A DNA stretch of 64,000 bases, from NCBI GenBank assembly GCA_964187785.1, contig OZ076419.1:39804001-39868000 (forward strand), written 5' to 3'. Shown here one piece after another: positions 1-10,775 of the stretch. The notes beneath the pieces were generated by a model. That model was given only the letters and a program-made list of their open reading frames with translations, did no database searches and was not told where the DNA came from. Numbering within the stretch: position 1 is the stretch's first letter; each line of letters begins with the position of its first letter. The DNA comes from Amphiscolops sp. MND2022. Its lineage: Eukaryota. Both the position numbers and the translations under genes were made by a program.

Positions 1-1
1 A

Positions 2-2670
2 ATGCCTGATGTGCTGGTGCTAACTATGCCCCTGTCTCGCTTCGCCGAGGTCGCTGAGATGGTCGGAGCCATATACGATCCAAACTTAAGAGGATCACAA
101 AAGGAACCACCCCCACAGCGAGTGATCTTCGCCAATCTCCTGGATCACATGGCTTGCGAAGGATTGCTGCATGACCTGGCCGCGATAATGTCCAATGTCC
201 GACGACTGGAAGACATTGCTGCCCTGGTGAACGAGGTGGTTGGTGCAATGGAACGTGCCGCAGGGATCCTTCGGGGTCGTCTGGGAGCGCTCGCGCTCTT
301 TGTATCCCCACCGAGATTCATGTATTGGCCACGCAGTCTGCAGCAGTTCGTCTACATTCTGCTGGAGGTGTGCAAGGCGCGCAGAGTGGAATTCGCCATC
401 TGTGCACCGAACTTGCGCGTGGATTGAGAGGACCTGCGCCCGGATACCATATCATATCCTGCCTTCTTTGCCGCTGTATCTAGAGCGCTGGTGGCTATAG
501 AACGCTCGGGAAACGCCCAGCTAACCATTGACGATGCCATCCTCTATGACTATGGAATGCGGATGGGCAGACTGGCCTTTGACCTTGACGGCAACCGCAC
601 CGCCCGAGAATCCAATGTAACTGAGCGAGAGGCTGTTCGCCGGTACAATTGGCTAGTGCGAAAGGATAAAAAAATCCCAGTGCGCGCAGAATTAGCCGAT
701 CTGACGAAGCAAATTGGTGCATGGCCTGCGGCGCGCACCGTCGAAAGAACGATTCCTCAGATCCGCTTCGCCTCGGGAATCGAGCCCGTGAAGCTGCCTG
801 TAGGGCTGCGATGTATCATAGCAATAGAAGCAACAAATCTGAAAGCAGAAGTCGACGCCGCAGCTACAACTTATGCTCATTGGTACCAGACTAGGTTTAC
901 CACTAGCACTCTGGCAGAAGTAGCTCGAGAGCTCGATTGTCCATTGGAAGCCTTCTGTACCAGTCTCGGTCTAGGATGGAACCTAGAGGTGCTAACTTCT
1001 GAGTTCTCGCTGACCCCTACGCAAACGGACAAGCTGTTAGAAACAATTGGAGAGGCAACCGTCGGAGAAATACTAGCGCTCGCGCTAGCGATGGGCCCAA
1101 CCAAGTTCGTAGCCGGACCACTGGCTTTGTTAGTCGACATGGTAATTGCCTGCGACCTAACCATGTTCTACAGCTACTTGGTCCTGGCACAAGGACAACT
1201 ACGCAGTCTGACCCGTTGGGGACACTTGATGACTTCCAAAGACCAGCAGGACTATTCCGCACAACTGGAGCGCATGCGTGCGTCAATCCAGCACTGGCTA
1301 TACTCCACCCTGGTGTTCGCCTCCGGCCTATTCGTGGGCGTAGACCAATCCCAACCACTCCATAATCCCGACCAGCAGATTTCCCGGGAAACGGCAGGAT
1401 TCCCCATGCCGCAGCAGATTGCAGACCTCACCCTGGCAGAAGTAGAAGACTTTGTTGCGGCAATGGCTCCTGTTTTGGCCCCTATCTTTGGCGCAGTGGG
1501 CGTGTGCCGGTACCCAACAAAACCATTGGCAACGGCCGTCCAAGTGCACATGGTCTCTTTCAATACCTACCTGCGAGGCCGTCCTTCACTGGCGTACCCA
1601 AGGGTAATACATGCAGTGCTGAGTGGTGAAGTGCCGCATGGGTACACAACTATCAAATCCGAAAGAGAGTTGGAGGAGAACTTGATGGGCTTGCTGCGCG
1701 CGCGCACCAGGAAAGCATGTCCCCTACCCCGGGAGCATGGACCTGTGAACTGGTATTCCGCACCTCTCAGTTTGGAAGGGGTTCCCTTTAGGTTCCCCTG
1801 GAGTCAAGAGTTCGTGAGAAAGGTTATTCGCGCCAGCACTAGTGCTGGTCCACCCGTGGATCCTCTATACTGCTTCAAATGCATCGCCTTCCCAAATCGT
1901 TAATGGAAGGAGCCGTTAGGTTGGCCCAGGGCAAAACCCGTTGGACGCGCCCCAACCGCCAAATCCAACACTTGGAGTCAGCCCAGATCCCAGGATGGGT
2001 TGAAGGCGCTGCTCAGATTAGGCAGAGAAATCTCCAATCCCGCGTCATTCCATTCCCCAGGAAGTCGGCATGGAAGCCTACGGGAAAGATGACCATGTCT
2101 GGAGATATGTCCATCGTCCAGCATGATGAGATAAATTCCGTGTTGGGCTCAACAGAACGAGCGCGATGGGAAGAATACTGTCTAGAGTTGGAGATTGCAA
2201 GCTTCCCTAAATGGAAGAGAGCTTGCGAGCTCTGGAGCCAATCTGGATGGATCTCACGCCGTGTAGCACTAGCGGTCGAGGGTAGAGCAGAGATGGCGAG
2301 ACAACAGGCGTTCGCGCCTACCATGCTCGCACCCACGATGGCGATGTCCTTGGATCGGCCCATCTCTCAACCGATCACCATTAATCTTCCAACCCATGAC
2401 TTGGAGCCAGACCCAGTTGGCCCGTCTTCGTCGCGAACGAGCCCTGAGTCCTCACAGCAGCAATCCGGAGAGCACACTGCCGAATTGACTCCCAATGCAG
2501 CACTAGTGCAGCCTATTGCCGAGTTGTCGCTCCCCGAAAGTCCGTCGGACTCTGAAACAGTTACAACCGGAGTCTCTCCCCGACGTCGAGCGTCAGTGTC
2601 GACCGACAACCCAGAACAGAACTCAGATGATGCCACTAAAGAGCGGACCCGACGCAGTTCAGCTCAATAA
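2..2670 (+). pseudogene. Disrupted >880-codon ORF of an unidentified GC-richer element; N-terminal part has an SGNH-hydrolase-like alpha/beta pattern (tentative)
   Basis: ORF 2-427 continues in frame past one TGA (GTG GAT TGA GAG GAC) into 491-1903. ORF 1879-2670 joins by a 1-nt shift at TTCAAATGCAT (~1873-1883). GC is clearly higher than the flanks. The pattern ALFVSPP...LQQFVYILLEVCKARRVEF resembles an SGNH strand-helix (by eye only). Confidence 0.5.
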
Positions 2671-2684
2671 ACCCAGCCGTTAAT

Positions 2685-2702
2685 GGGAGCGTTCGCGCTC
2701 CC
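2685..2702 (+). other. Perfect 7-bp hairpin with UUCG tetraloop just after the ORF stop
   Basis: GGGAGCG-TTCG-CGCTCCC, 14 nt downstream of the TAA ending at 2670. Confidence 0.7.
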
Positions 2703-2891
2703 TATACCCTCCTAAACTGCCAACAAACAGTGCCTTAAAACTTCTCATCCAGAACGGTGCTAGAATACAAAGTGCAATTTTTGTTCTTAGTTATGGTTAT
2801 ATAGTTAGTGTACCATTAGTGTTGCACTGGGTGTACGGCCAATAGAGTACGCCTGCCCCAGTGGCTTGAGTGACCAAGCAAAAAAAAACTA

Positions 2892-3602
2892 TTGTTCAAA
2901 GAACTATCATTTTTGTTGCGCACCGTTCGCGGTGTTTTTGAGTTGTCACAATCAAAAGAAGTCTTACCCCTCTTGATTGCGTTTCTATCTAGTCTAGTGT
3001 CCTTCATCAATCTGGTTGTTTACCGTAGGAGCCCCCCAAGCTCTAAAAAAAGAGTTTTTAATCGCCTGAATGAAATGAAGACTTGTAATCTCAAATGGTA
3101 AGGAAAAGAAATCTTAACTGACTTCGCTCGCAAAAAAGGTTTTTACACAAGTTGACTGCCCAAGCGAGTTTTAAACCGGCTGAAAACTGTAGCTCTCGAG
3201 CTGGTGCTAAAACCTAGTTCATGTTTTGTACGAATAGCTAGGCAGTAAGTTCTTTTTTGTGTGAAAAAAACTGCAAAGTCGACCAAAATTGTTGCCGAAA
3301 AACAAGGACTCGTCCTTGTTCTCCGACGTGTGGATGATGATTCCCAGCAGTCACTGTGATGCAGTTCCCTGACGATCCAGACGCCGCTTGCCAGGGACGA
3401 CAAGCCAGGAGCCTGGGGAGTGATGTAACGGAAAGCTCTGGTACAGCAACATCAACTTCGACATGTTCAGAAAATTTTGTCAAAAATTCGTTCAAATTTG
3501 ACGTGGCACTCAAACATGCTCAAGACGAAGTACCTGCCAGAAAAAGCACCCCAGAAAAGCAGAAATCGCCGCTCGCGACGAACAAGCACCGGAGACGACT
3601 AA
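2892..3602 (+). pseudogene. Stop-interrupted reading frame of unknown origin (~237 codons)
   Basis: ORF 2892-3101 continues in frame after TAA (GKEILTDFARKKGF...LPKRVLNRLKTVALELVLKP...) with a few further stops to TAA at 3600-3602. Confidence 0.3.
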
Positions 3603-4159
3603 AAAGACGTCCCCAACGCATACAGAACACGGTATTGTGTCAATCTCTAGGAGATATCCATTACTACAGTAAAGGAAATCAGTGTTCCAGATGTTCGCCT
3701 GAGTATCCCTGCGGTATCCTGTGTGGCAACTAGCGCTAGCGCTGGGAACCTGAGGTCAATCTTCATCAAATGACTCTGAACTCTTGATTTCTTGTTGTAT
3801 TTTTCGATGTGGTAAATTAATATGCTCGAGAGCTGTTGTTTAACATCTGTTTATCCAATTTGGCGATTTTATCAGATTCTCCAATATTACGGTTCAACCT
3901 TCATCGATTTTCAGCCCAATTTTTAAAGGCTAGTTGAGCAGTGGTCTTGAGTCTTGCAAGATGCCTGTTACTTTTAGCAGTTACAGACTAGGACCAGGCC
4001 AGAGAGCGTCCTACAAGACGGTTCCCCCACCTTGGGACTGGCTCCTTCGGAGGGAAAATGAGCTAGGGCCGCGGAGATCTAGGTCCCAGATTATATTCGC
4101 TGTTCTAGTTCCTCCACTCTGCGTTGCGGTTCAAGCGCCAGCGCTTATCGTTACAAAAA

Positions 4160-4500
4160 CTCGCAATGCCTTTGGGACTTTTCAACATCCATTCTGTTGC
4201 AAAAAAAATGAAAGGGGGACCCATTGGTGGAAAAAAAATTATTGAAAAAAAGTGGCGCATCGACGAAAAAAAATCTAAAGGGCGACCTTTTGGTCTCTTC
4301 CGGCATTGTATGTTACGCGGAACAGTTCCTTTTGGTTCAGTTCCTTGGGCCAACATGTACAATTTGGCGTCTTCTCAAAATTTTGTAGAACTTTCGGTAG
4401 AACTATCTTGGTCACTTCAGGTGGTTTAAAAAACACTGACGAAAAGCCATGGCTATAGTCGACTCTTTTCTTAAGAAAAGTCCCGACTAAAAAATCAAAT
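4160..4500. repeat. Interspersed repeat, related to 43340-43690
   Basis: Shared motifs CAACATCCATTCTGTT, AAAGGGGGAC, CCTTTTGGT and CCGACTAAAAA in the same order in both places. Confidence 0.55.
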
Positions 4501-4747
4501 GAATCAACGGGGTTGTTCAAAGTCGGCAATCAAAAAGGCACGCTTTATAAACAGATGGAATCATCCTCTTTTGTCCTAGCCCCTTCTAGTTATCACTTAG
4601 TAATGCTCACTTCTCAAAGTTTCTTTTCAGGTCTCAATGTAATCGACTACATCGTTCCCAAGTAGTCAACCAGTTAGCTTTAAACAGCTGAAAGAGCAGG
4701 CATTACGATCATTTGCAACAGTTTTACACTCTACTGTTTTTTTATAG

Positions 4748-4972
4748 AAGCAGTCAGAGACGAGATACGGAACCTGGAGATACGCAGAGGCGGTGAGTTC
4801 TCTTCTCACTGGACAAGAATTCCTAGTTCCATTGACAAAGCCATAGACGGTAAAAACAAAACAACGGAGTCCGACTGCTTTCTATCGACAGCTACAGTCG
4901 GCGAATCGTGGGTCAGTTTGGAACTGTCATGGTCAATAGTCAGCCATATCAACATAATGACACCGGAGAATG
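4748..4972 (+). CDS. Host gene exon: N-terminal half of an F-type lectin-like (FTP / F5/8 type C) domain
   Basis: Acceptor TTTATAG| and donor G|GTAAGA. Stop-free frame ...SSHW...KAIDGKNKTTESDCFLST...ESWVSLELSWSIVSHINIMTPEN matches the FTP pattern AIDG..C..T..PW..VDL..V..V.I. Confidence 0.7.
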
Positions 4973-5926
4973 GTAAGATACCAGCTCTACTGTCACTTAT
5001 ACGTTGACCACACCTCTTGGACCCATAGTTTTAGCATCATCATCACTGTAAAATGTACATAATCAATAAATATTGCCAAGAATCCAAATTGCCAACATTC
5101 TGAAGTTAGAGTACCAAAACAACCCCCATTTTTGCTGGTGAAAAACTTGGAATCGCTTTAAGTTATGCCTTATCAATGTTCGCAAAAACTTTTCTATATT
5201 TTAAATTGTCATCTATGGGGTATATTTTGTTTCTGAACTAAACAAAAATTACAAAGTTCACAACTAAGCCTATTATTGACTCCTGGAACCTTTTGAACAT
5301 GTAATGCTTCTCGAAAACTGCTTCTCGCAACGAAAGAAAAAAATACCATTTACAAATTTTGTATTTTGACCTGAATCTGTTCCCTTTGAGGCGAACATTT
5401 TTTTTTAAATTTCGGACTTTTCAACAATGTACAGCGCTAAATCAGAAGATACAAACGTTCCATTTTTCACCCCGGAAAACCTTTGTTTCGATTGAATTAC
5501 AACCGTTTTCGTCGGTTTATGCTTTATGATTAGTGTTATTTTAATGGCAAACAAGACAGTTGAAAAACTCTGTCAATTCTAACAATAATGGCAAATGGTG
5601 CTTTTTTTCCTCTGACAAGTAGTTTGTGAAATAATTCTCAACTGAGGTCAAAAAATCAATTTCTTTTGAAAAACAAATATTTTAGAATAACATTAGAAGT
5701 GTACATCCGCTTTCACAGAGGCATCTCTAATCTTCTAATCACAAGCGGTACCGCACTTGAATAAATTGTACCTACTGAAAATGAGTTTCTATGGTTGCCA
5801 TTTCTTTTGCGTAGAGGGCATGAAACTTGGTAAGTCGGGGCAGTTTTATGTTCCAGATCTTCTGGAAATGACTCCTAAAAGATTTGTCGAGTTAAAATCT
5901 GAATGAAAGATGGCCACTTGCTTGAT

Positions 5927-5932
5927 GGCTCG
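5927..5932. repeat. Left 6-bp TSD GGCTCG of the Polinton-type element
   Basis: GGCTCG immediately before AGTAGT and again at 20319-20324 immediately after ACTACT. Confidence 0.95.
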
Positions 5933-6081
5933 AGTAGTCATAAAAGTAGGAACCCTGGGTCACTTTTGCTCCGTTTTCGTGAATGTGAACTAATTTATAC
6001 GGGGGGGGGATTACCGTGAAATTAAGACTGTTGGTGTGGGGATATAACCTTGAAATTCAGACTGGTTTAAATGGGTGTGGC
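5933..6081 (+). repeat. Left terminal inverted repeat (149 bp)
   Basis: AGTAGTCATAAAAGTAGGAACC...G9...ATGGGTGTGGC is the reverse complement of 20170-20318 with one mismatch (GCTCCG vs GCTTCG). Confidence 0.95.
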
Positions 6082-7085
6082 ATTCATTAGTTACGGCGCT
6101 TAATATGGAAAATCTAGACGCTGGTGGTTTTATGGTTGATTAGTTTTATGTACTGCGAGCATATGGTGATTGTAAAGTTGCTCTCCGCGGAAATATTTCA
6201 AGTGGTTTTTGTTTACAAATCTCATGTGGTTATTGTTTGCAATTCTCAAGTGATCTTGAATTGTGTGTCAGGCAACTGGGTGAGGTCTCATCTTTTGATA
6301 AACCAAGTCGACAGCTTCTTTCTTATTTAATTTGTTACAGCTTTCATGTCATTGCACAAAAGCCCAAGAGTTGTTTCGCCCATGTGCAGATAATTTTTCA
6401 GATACTTTCAAATAGCAATCACAGCGATCAAAACTCCAGAAAATCCAGCAGCCATTTTACCTGGAGCAAAAACAACAATTGCTTGGTAAGTGTTTAACTT
6501 ATTATTTTAAAAAACTGGACATTCTGCGAATTGACCGATCTTCACAATTCAAGTGATTTTGAAACGAATTAAGTACACCAATTCTTTTCAATCCTGAATT
6601 TCCTGATTCTGAATGTTTCAGAGATAGCCAAACATCGAAGATTATTGTGATTTCTATTCCAATTCAAAATTCCAACAATCAGTACAATGAATGAAAAAGC
6701 GAAACGGACAAGAAGCAGCAACCAAAAAAAACCAGCAACAACTCAAGCAAAACTAATACAGGTTGGTTATTTGCTTTGTCTAAATTCATGATTTATTAAC
6801 TAGAGTAACCAAAAAAAACCAATACGAAAAACCTTGCTCCCAGTGCTTTCAATGACTTTCATGTTTACAGATCATCGCCACTGTTCAACATCAAAGAATG
6901 GTCAAGGAATACAATGAACCTGACAACTATGAGACGCTACTACTCTCCAGTTAAGTCAAAGAAAACTTTGAGCAAACACTGCATTTAGAGCTATATCTCC
7001 TGCATACATTTATCAGAATATATATTTCGTATCCACACACACGCAAAACTGAAAGTCTAATTAATAATTACGTTGGTCTAAAAGT

Positions 7086-8270
7086 CTAAATTTCCATAAT
7101 ATTTATAGAGCTATAAAATTTCTTTGTCTTTGAGTAAAAATGGCAGCATTCCAGTGCAACATACCTTGGGTAACCTCTGTCTATGTGAAATATTGGTCTA
7201 AATTTCCGCATTTTAGAGCTTTAATTTTTCTTTAACTTGTCTTTGAGTAAAAATGGTAGCATTCCAGTGCAACATACCTTGGGTAACCTCTGTCTATGTG
7301 AAAATTTGGTCTAAATTTCCGTCATTTTAGAGCTATAATATTTCTTTACCTTGTCTTTGAGTAAAAATGGTAGCATTCCACTGCAACATACCTTGGGTAA
7401 CCTCTGTCCAATTGAAAATTTGGTCTAAATTTCCGTCATTTTAGAGCTATAATATTTCTTTAACTTGTCTTTGAGTAAAAATGGCAGCATTCCAGTGCAA
7501 CATACCTTGGGTAACCTCTGTCTATGTGAAAATTTAGTCTAAATTTCCGTCATTTCAGAGCTTTAATATTTCTTTAACTTGTCTTTGAGTAAAAATGGTA
7601 GCATTCCAGTGCAACATACCTTGGGTAACCTCTGTCCAATTGAAATTTGGTCTAAATTTCCGTCATTTTAGAGCTATAATATTTCTTTAACTTGTCTTTG
7701 AGTAAAAATGGTAGCATTCCAGTGCAACATACCTTGGGTAACCTCTGTCGAATTGACAATTTGGTCTAAATTTCCGTCATTTTAGAGCTATAATATTTCT
7801 TTAACTTGTTTTTGAGTAAAAATGGCAGCATTCCAGTGCAACATACCTTGGGTAACCTCTGTCCAATTGAAAATTTGGTCTAAATTTCCGTCATTTCAGA
7901 GCCTTAATTTTTCTTTAACTTGTCTTTGAGTAAAAATGGTAGCATTCCAGTGCAACATACCCTGGGTAACCTCTGTCCAATTGAAAATTTGGTCTAAATT
8001 TCCGTCATTTTAGAGCTATAATATTTCTTTAACTTGTCTTTGAGTAAAAATGGTAGCATTCCAGTGCAACTTACCTTGGGTAACCTCTGTCCAATTGAAA
8101 ATTTGGTCTAAATTTCCGTCATTTTAGAGCTATAATATTTCTTTAACTTGTCTTTGAGTAAAAATGGCAGCATTCCAGTGCAACATACCTTGGGTAACCT
8201 CTGTCCAATTGACAATTTGGTCTAAATTTCCGTCATTTTAGAGCTATATTATTTCTTTAACTCGTCTTTG
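7086..8270. repeat. Tandem array, 114-bp unit, ~10.5 copies
   Basis: GAGTAAAAATGG recurs at 7132, 7245, 7359, 7473, 7587, 7700, 7814, 7928, 8042 and 8156. Confidence 0.97.
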
Positions 8271-8352
8271 CTTTCAGCTTAGTGAGCTAAAGTTTTGTTC
8301 TTTGTATTTCATTAATTTATCGAAATGTTCACCTTTTTTTAAAAAAAAAAAG

Positions 8353-10775
8353 CTCCCATAGAGTAGACACAATGTACTGGGTAAGACGGGCCTAACCCAG
8401 CCTGCACAGTACGAGTGTCTACTGGGGTCTTAGTATTGGTTAACCTCTCTTGGAGCAGGTAGACTGTTAGTGCTCTACTCTTCAAGAAACGGGTTGAGGT
8501 TAATCAAAGACTCCAGTAGGCACTCGAAATCTCCTGCACAAGTACTGATTCGATTCGATTCGATTCAAATCTTTACTTTTCTTCCTCTTCAGTTTAAATA
8601 CCTCTACACAGACTATATGGCGGTATCACATGTAAATTATGCAATTTCTCTACGTGGCATGGAATGTCTTTTTTTTGGTAGTGGAGAGCTTGAGATTTTG
8701 AAAATTGTTTCTTTGAAATCATATGTCCTGTTGTACTTCCATAGGGGATAAGTTCTGTCGGTTTGAAAAATTGTTGATTATGTCCAGCATTTTAGTGTTT
8801 TATTTGTCTTTAACTCTCAAAATGACTTACTTTAGTGTACTTTCATGGGGACAACTTCTGTCGGTTTGAAAAATTGTTGATTATATCCAGCATTTTTGCT
8901 TTTTAAATGTCTTTAACTCAAAATGGCTTACTTTAGTGTACTTCCATAGGGGATAAGTTCTGTCGGTTTGAAAAATTGTTGATTATATCCACCATTTTTG
9001 TTTTTTAAATGTTTTGAATAATATTTTAAGGGATCTTCTAAGTTCGATTGAAAAAAATATTGTTTATTTGTGACATTTTGGTGAATAGTTTGTCTTTGTC
9101 GCATAAAATGGTTTGTTTAGTATACTTCCGTTTTTGTCGATTTTTCTTCCGATTCCTTGTGCAAATTTTGTCTTCCTCTCATTTGCTATTTGGTAATTTC
9201 ACTACTCCCATGATGTAGACACAATGTACTGGGTAAGACGGGCCTAACCCAGCCTGCACAGTACGAGTGTCTACTGGGTCTTAGTATTGGTTAACCTCTC
9301 TTGGAGCAGGTAGACCGTTAGTGCTCTACTCTTCAAGAAACGGGTTGAGGTTAATCAAAGACTCCAGTAGGCACTCGAAATCTCCTGCACAAGTACTGAT
9401 TCGATTCGATTCGATTCAAATCTTTACTTTTCTTCCTCTTCAGTTTAAATACCTCTACACAGACTATATGGCGGTATCACATGTAAATTATGCAATTTCT
9501 CTACGTGGCATGGAATGTCTTTTTTTTGGTAGTGGAGAGCTTGAGATTTTGAAAATTGTTTCTTTGAAATCATATGTCCTGTTGTACTTCCATAGGGGAC
9601 AACTTTTGTCGGTTTGAAAAATTGTTGATTATATCCAGCATTTTTGCTTTTTAAATGTCTTTAACTCAAAATGGCTTACTTTAGTGTACTTCCATAGGGG
9701 ATAAGTTCTGTCGGTTTGAAAAATTGTTGATTATATCCACCATTTTTGTTTTTTAAATGTTTTGAGTAATATTTTAAGGGATCTTCTAAGTTCGATTGAA
9801 AAAAATATTGTTTATTTGTGACATTTTGGTGAATAGTTTGTCTTTGTCGCATAAAATGGTTTTGTTTAGTATACTTCCGTTTTTGTCGATTTTTCTTCCG
9901 ATTCCTTGTGCAAATTTTGTCTTCCTCTCATTTGCTATTTGGTAATTTCACTACTCCCATGATGTAGACACAATGTACTGGGTAAGACGGGCCTAACCCA
10001 GCCTGCACAGTACGAGTGTCTACTGGGGTCTTAGTATTGGTTAACCTCTCTTGGAGCAGGTAGACCGTTAGTGCTCTACTCTTCAAGAAACGGGTTGAGG
10101 TTAATCAAAGACTCCAGTAGGCACTCGAAATCTCCTGCACAAGTACTGATTCGATTCGATTCGATTCAAATCTTTACTTTTCTTCCTCTTCAGTTTAAAT
10201 ACCTCTACACAGACTATATGGCGGTATCACATGTAAATTATGCAATTTCTCTACGTGGCATGGAATGTCTTTTTTTTTGGTAGTGGAGAGCTTGAGATTT
10301 TGAAAATTGTTTCTTTGAAATCATATGTCCTGTTGTACTTCCATAGGGGATAAGTTCTGTCGGTTTGAAAAATTGTTGATTATATTCACCATTTTTGTTT
10401 TTTAAATGTTTTGAGTAATATTTTAAGGGATCTTCTAAGTTCGATTGAAAAAAATATTGTTTATTTGTGACATTTTGGTGAATAGTTTGTCTTTGTCGCA
10501 TAAAATGGTTTTGTTTACTATACTTCCGTTTTTGTTGATTTTTCTTCCGAATCCTTGTGCAAATTTTGTCTTCCTCTCATTTGCTATTTGGTAATTTCAC
10601 TACTCCCATGATGTAGACACAATGTACTGGGTAAGACGGGCCTAACCCAGCCTGCACAGTACGAGTGTCTACTGGGGTCTTAGTATTGGTTAACCTCTCT
10701 TGGAGCAGGTAGATTGAGCAAATTCTACTCTTCATTGTTGGGTTGAGATTAACCAAAGAGACTCCGGTAGACACT
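8353..10775 (+). repeat. Higher-order tandem array: units of 852, 749 and 649 bp plus a terminal partial unit
   Basis: GTAGACACAATG at 8363, 9215, 9964 and 10613. Units contain 3, 2 and 1 copies of a ~103-bp subrepeat (TGTACTTCCATAGGGGATAAGTTCTGTCGG...). Each full unit has a (GATTC)n microsatellite. Confidence 0.95.
8363..8525 (+). ncRNA. Putative structured RNA module (long multi-stem hairpin), repeated in each array unit
   Basis: GAGTGTCTACTGGGGTCT/AGACTCCAGTAGGCACTC (18 bp), TTGGTTAACCTC/GAGGTTAATCAA (12 bp), TCTTGGAG/CTTCAAGA (8 bp) and GTAGA/TCTAC. All non-WC pairs in these stems are G.U on the + strand. No expression evidence. Confidence 0.5.

Noticed and set aside
2824-2890. HDV-like ribozyme in the 3' tail of the left-edge element
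   Set aside because: P1 and P4-like stems are present but no P2 or P3/L3 can be built.
7086-8270. CRISPR-like array
   Set aside because: Units are near-identical over their whole 114 bp with no unique spacers; no cas genes; eukaryotic context.
8363-8432. Array module as a twister, HDV-like or hammerhead ribozyme
   Set aside because: Partial topological resemblance only. It lacks the twister L4 AAGC and P1, the HDV catalytic C in J4/2, and the hammerhead CUGANGA/GAAA core.
8545-8570. Pol III B-box in the (GATTC)n tract
   Set aside because: ATTCGATTC misses the first G of GTTCRANNC and no matching A-box was found; treated as a microsatellite.
8470-10283. Three identical 70-98 aa ORFs (MLYSSRNG...)
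   Set aside because: They are by-products of the tandem array: non-ATG starts, overlap with the hairpin and microsatellite, and a frameshift in copy 3.
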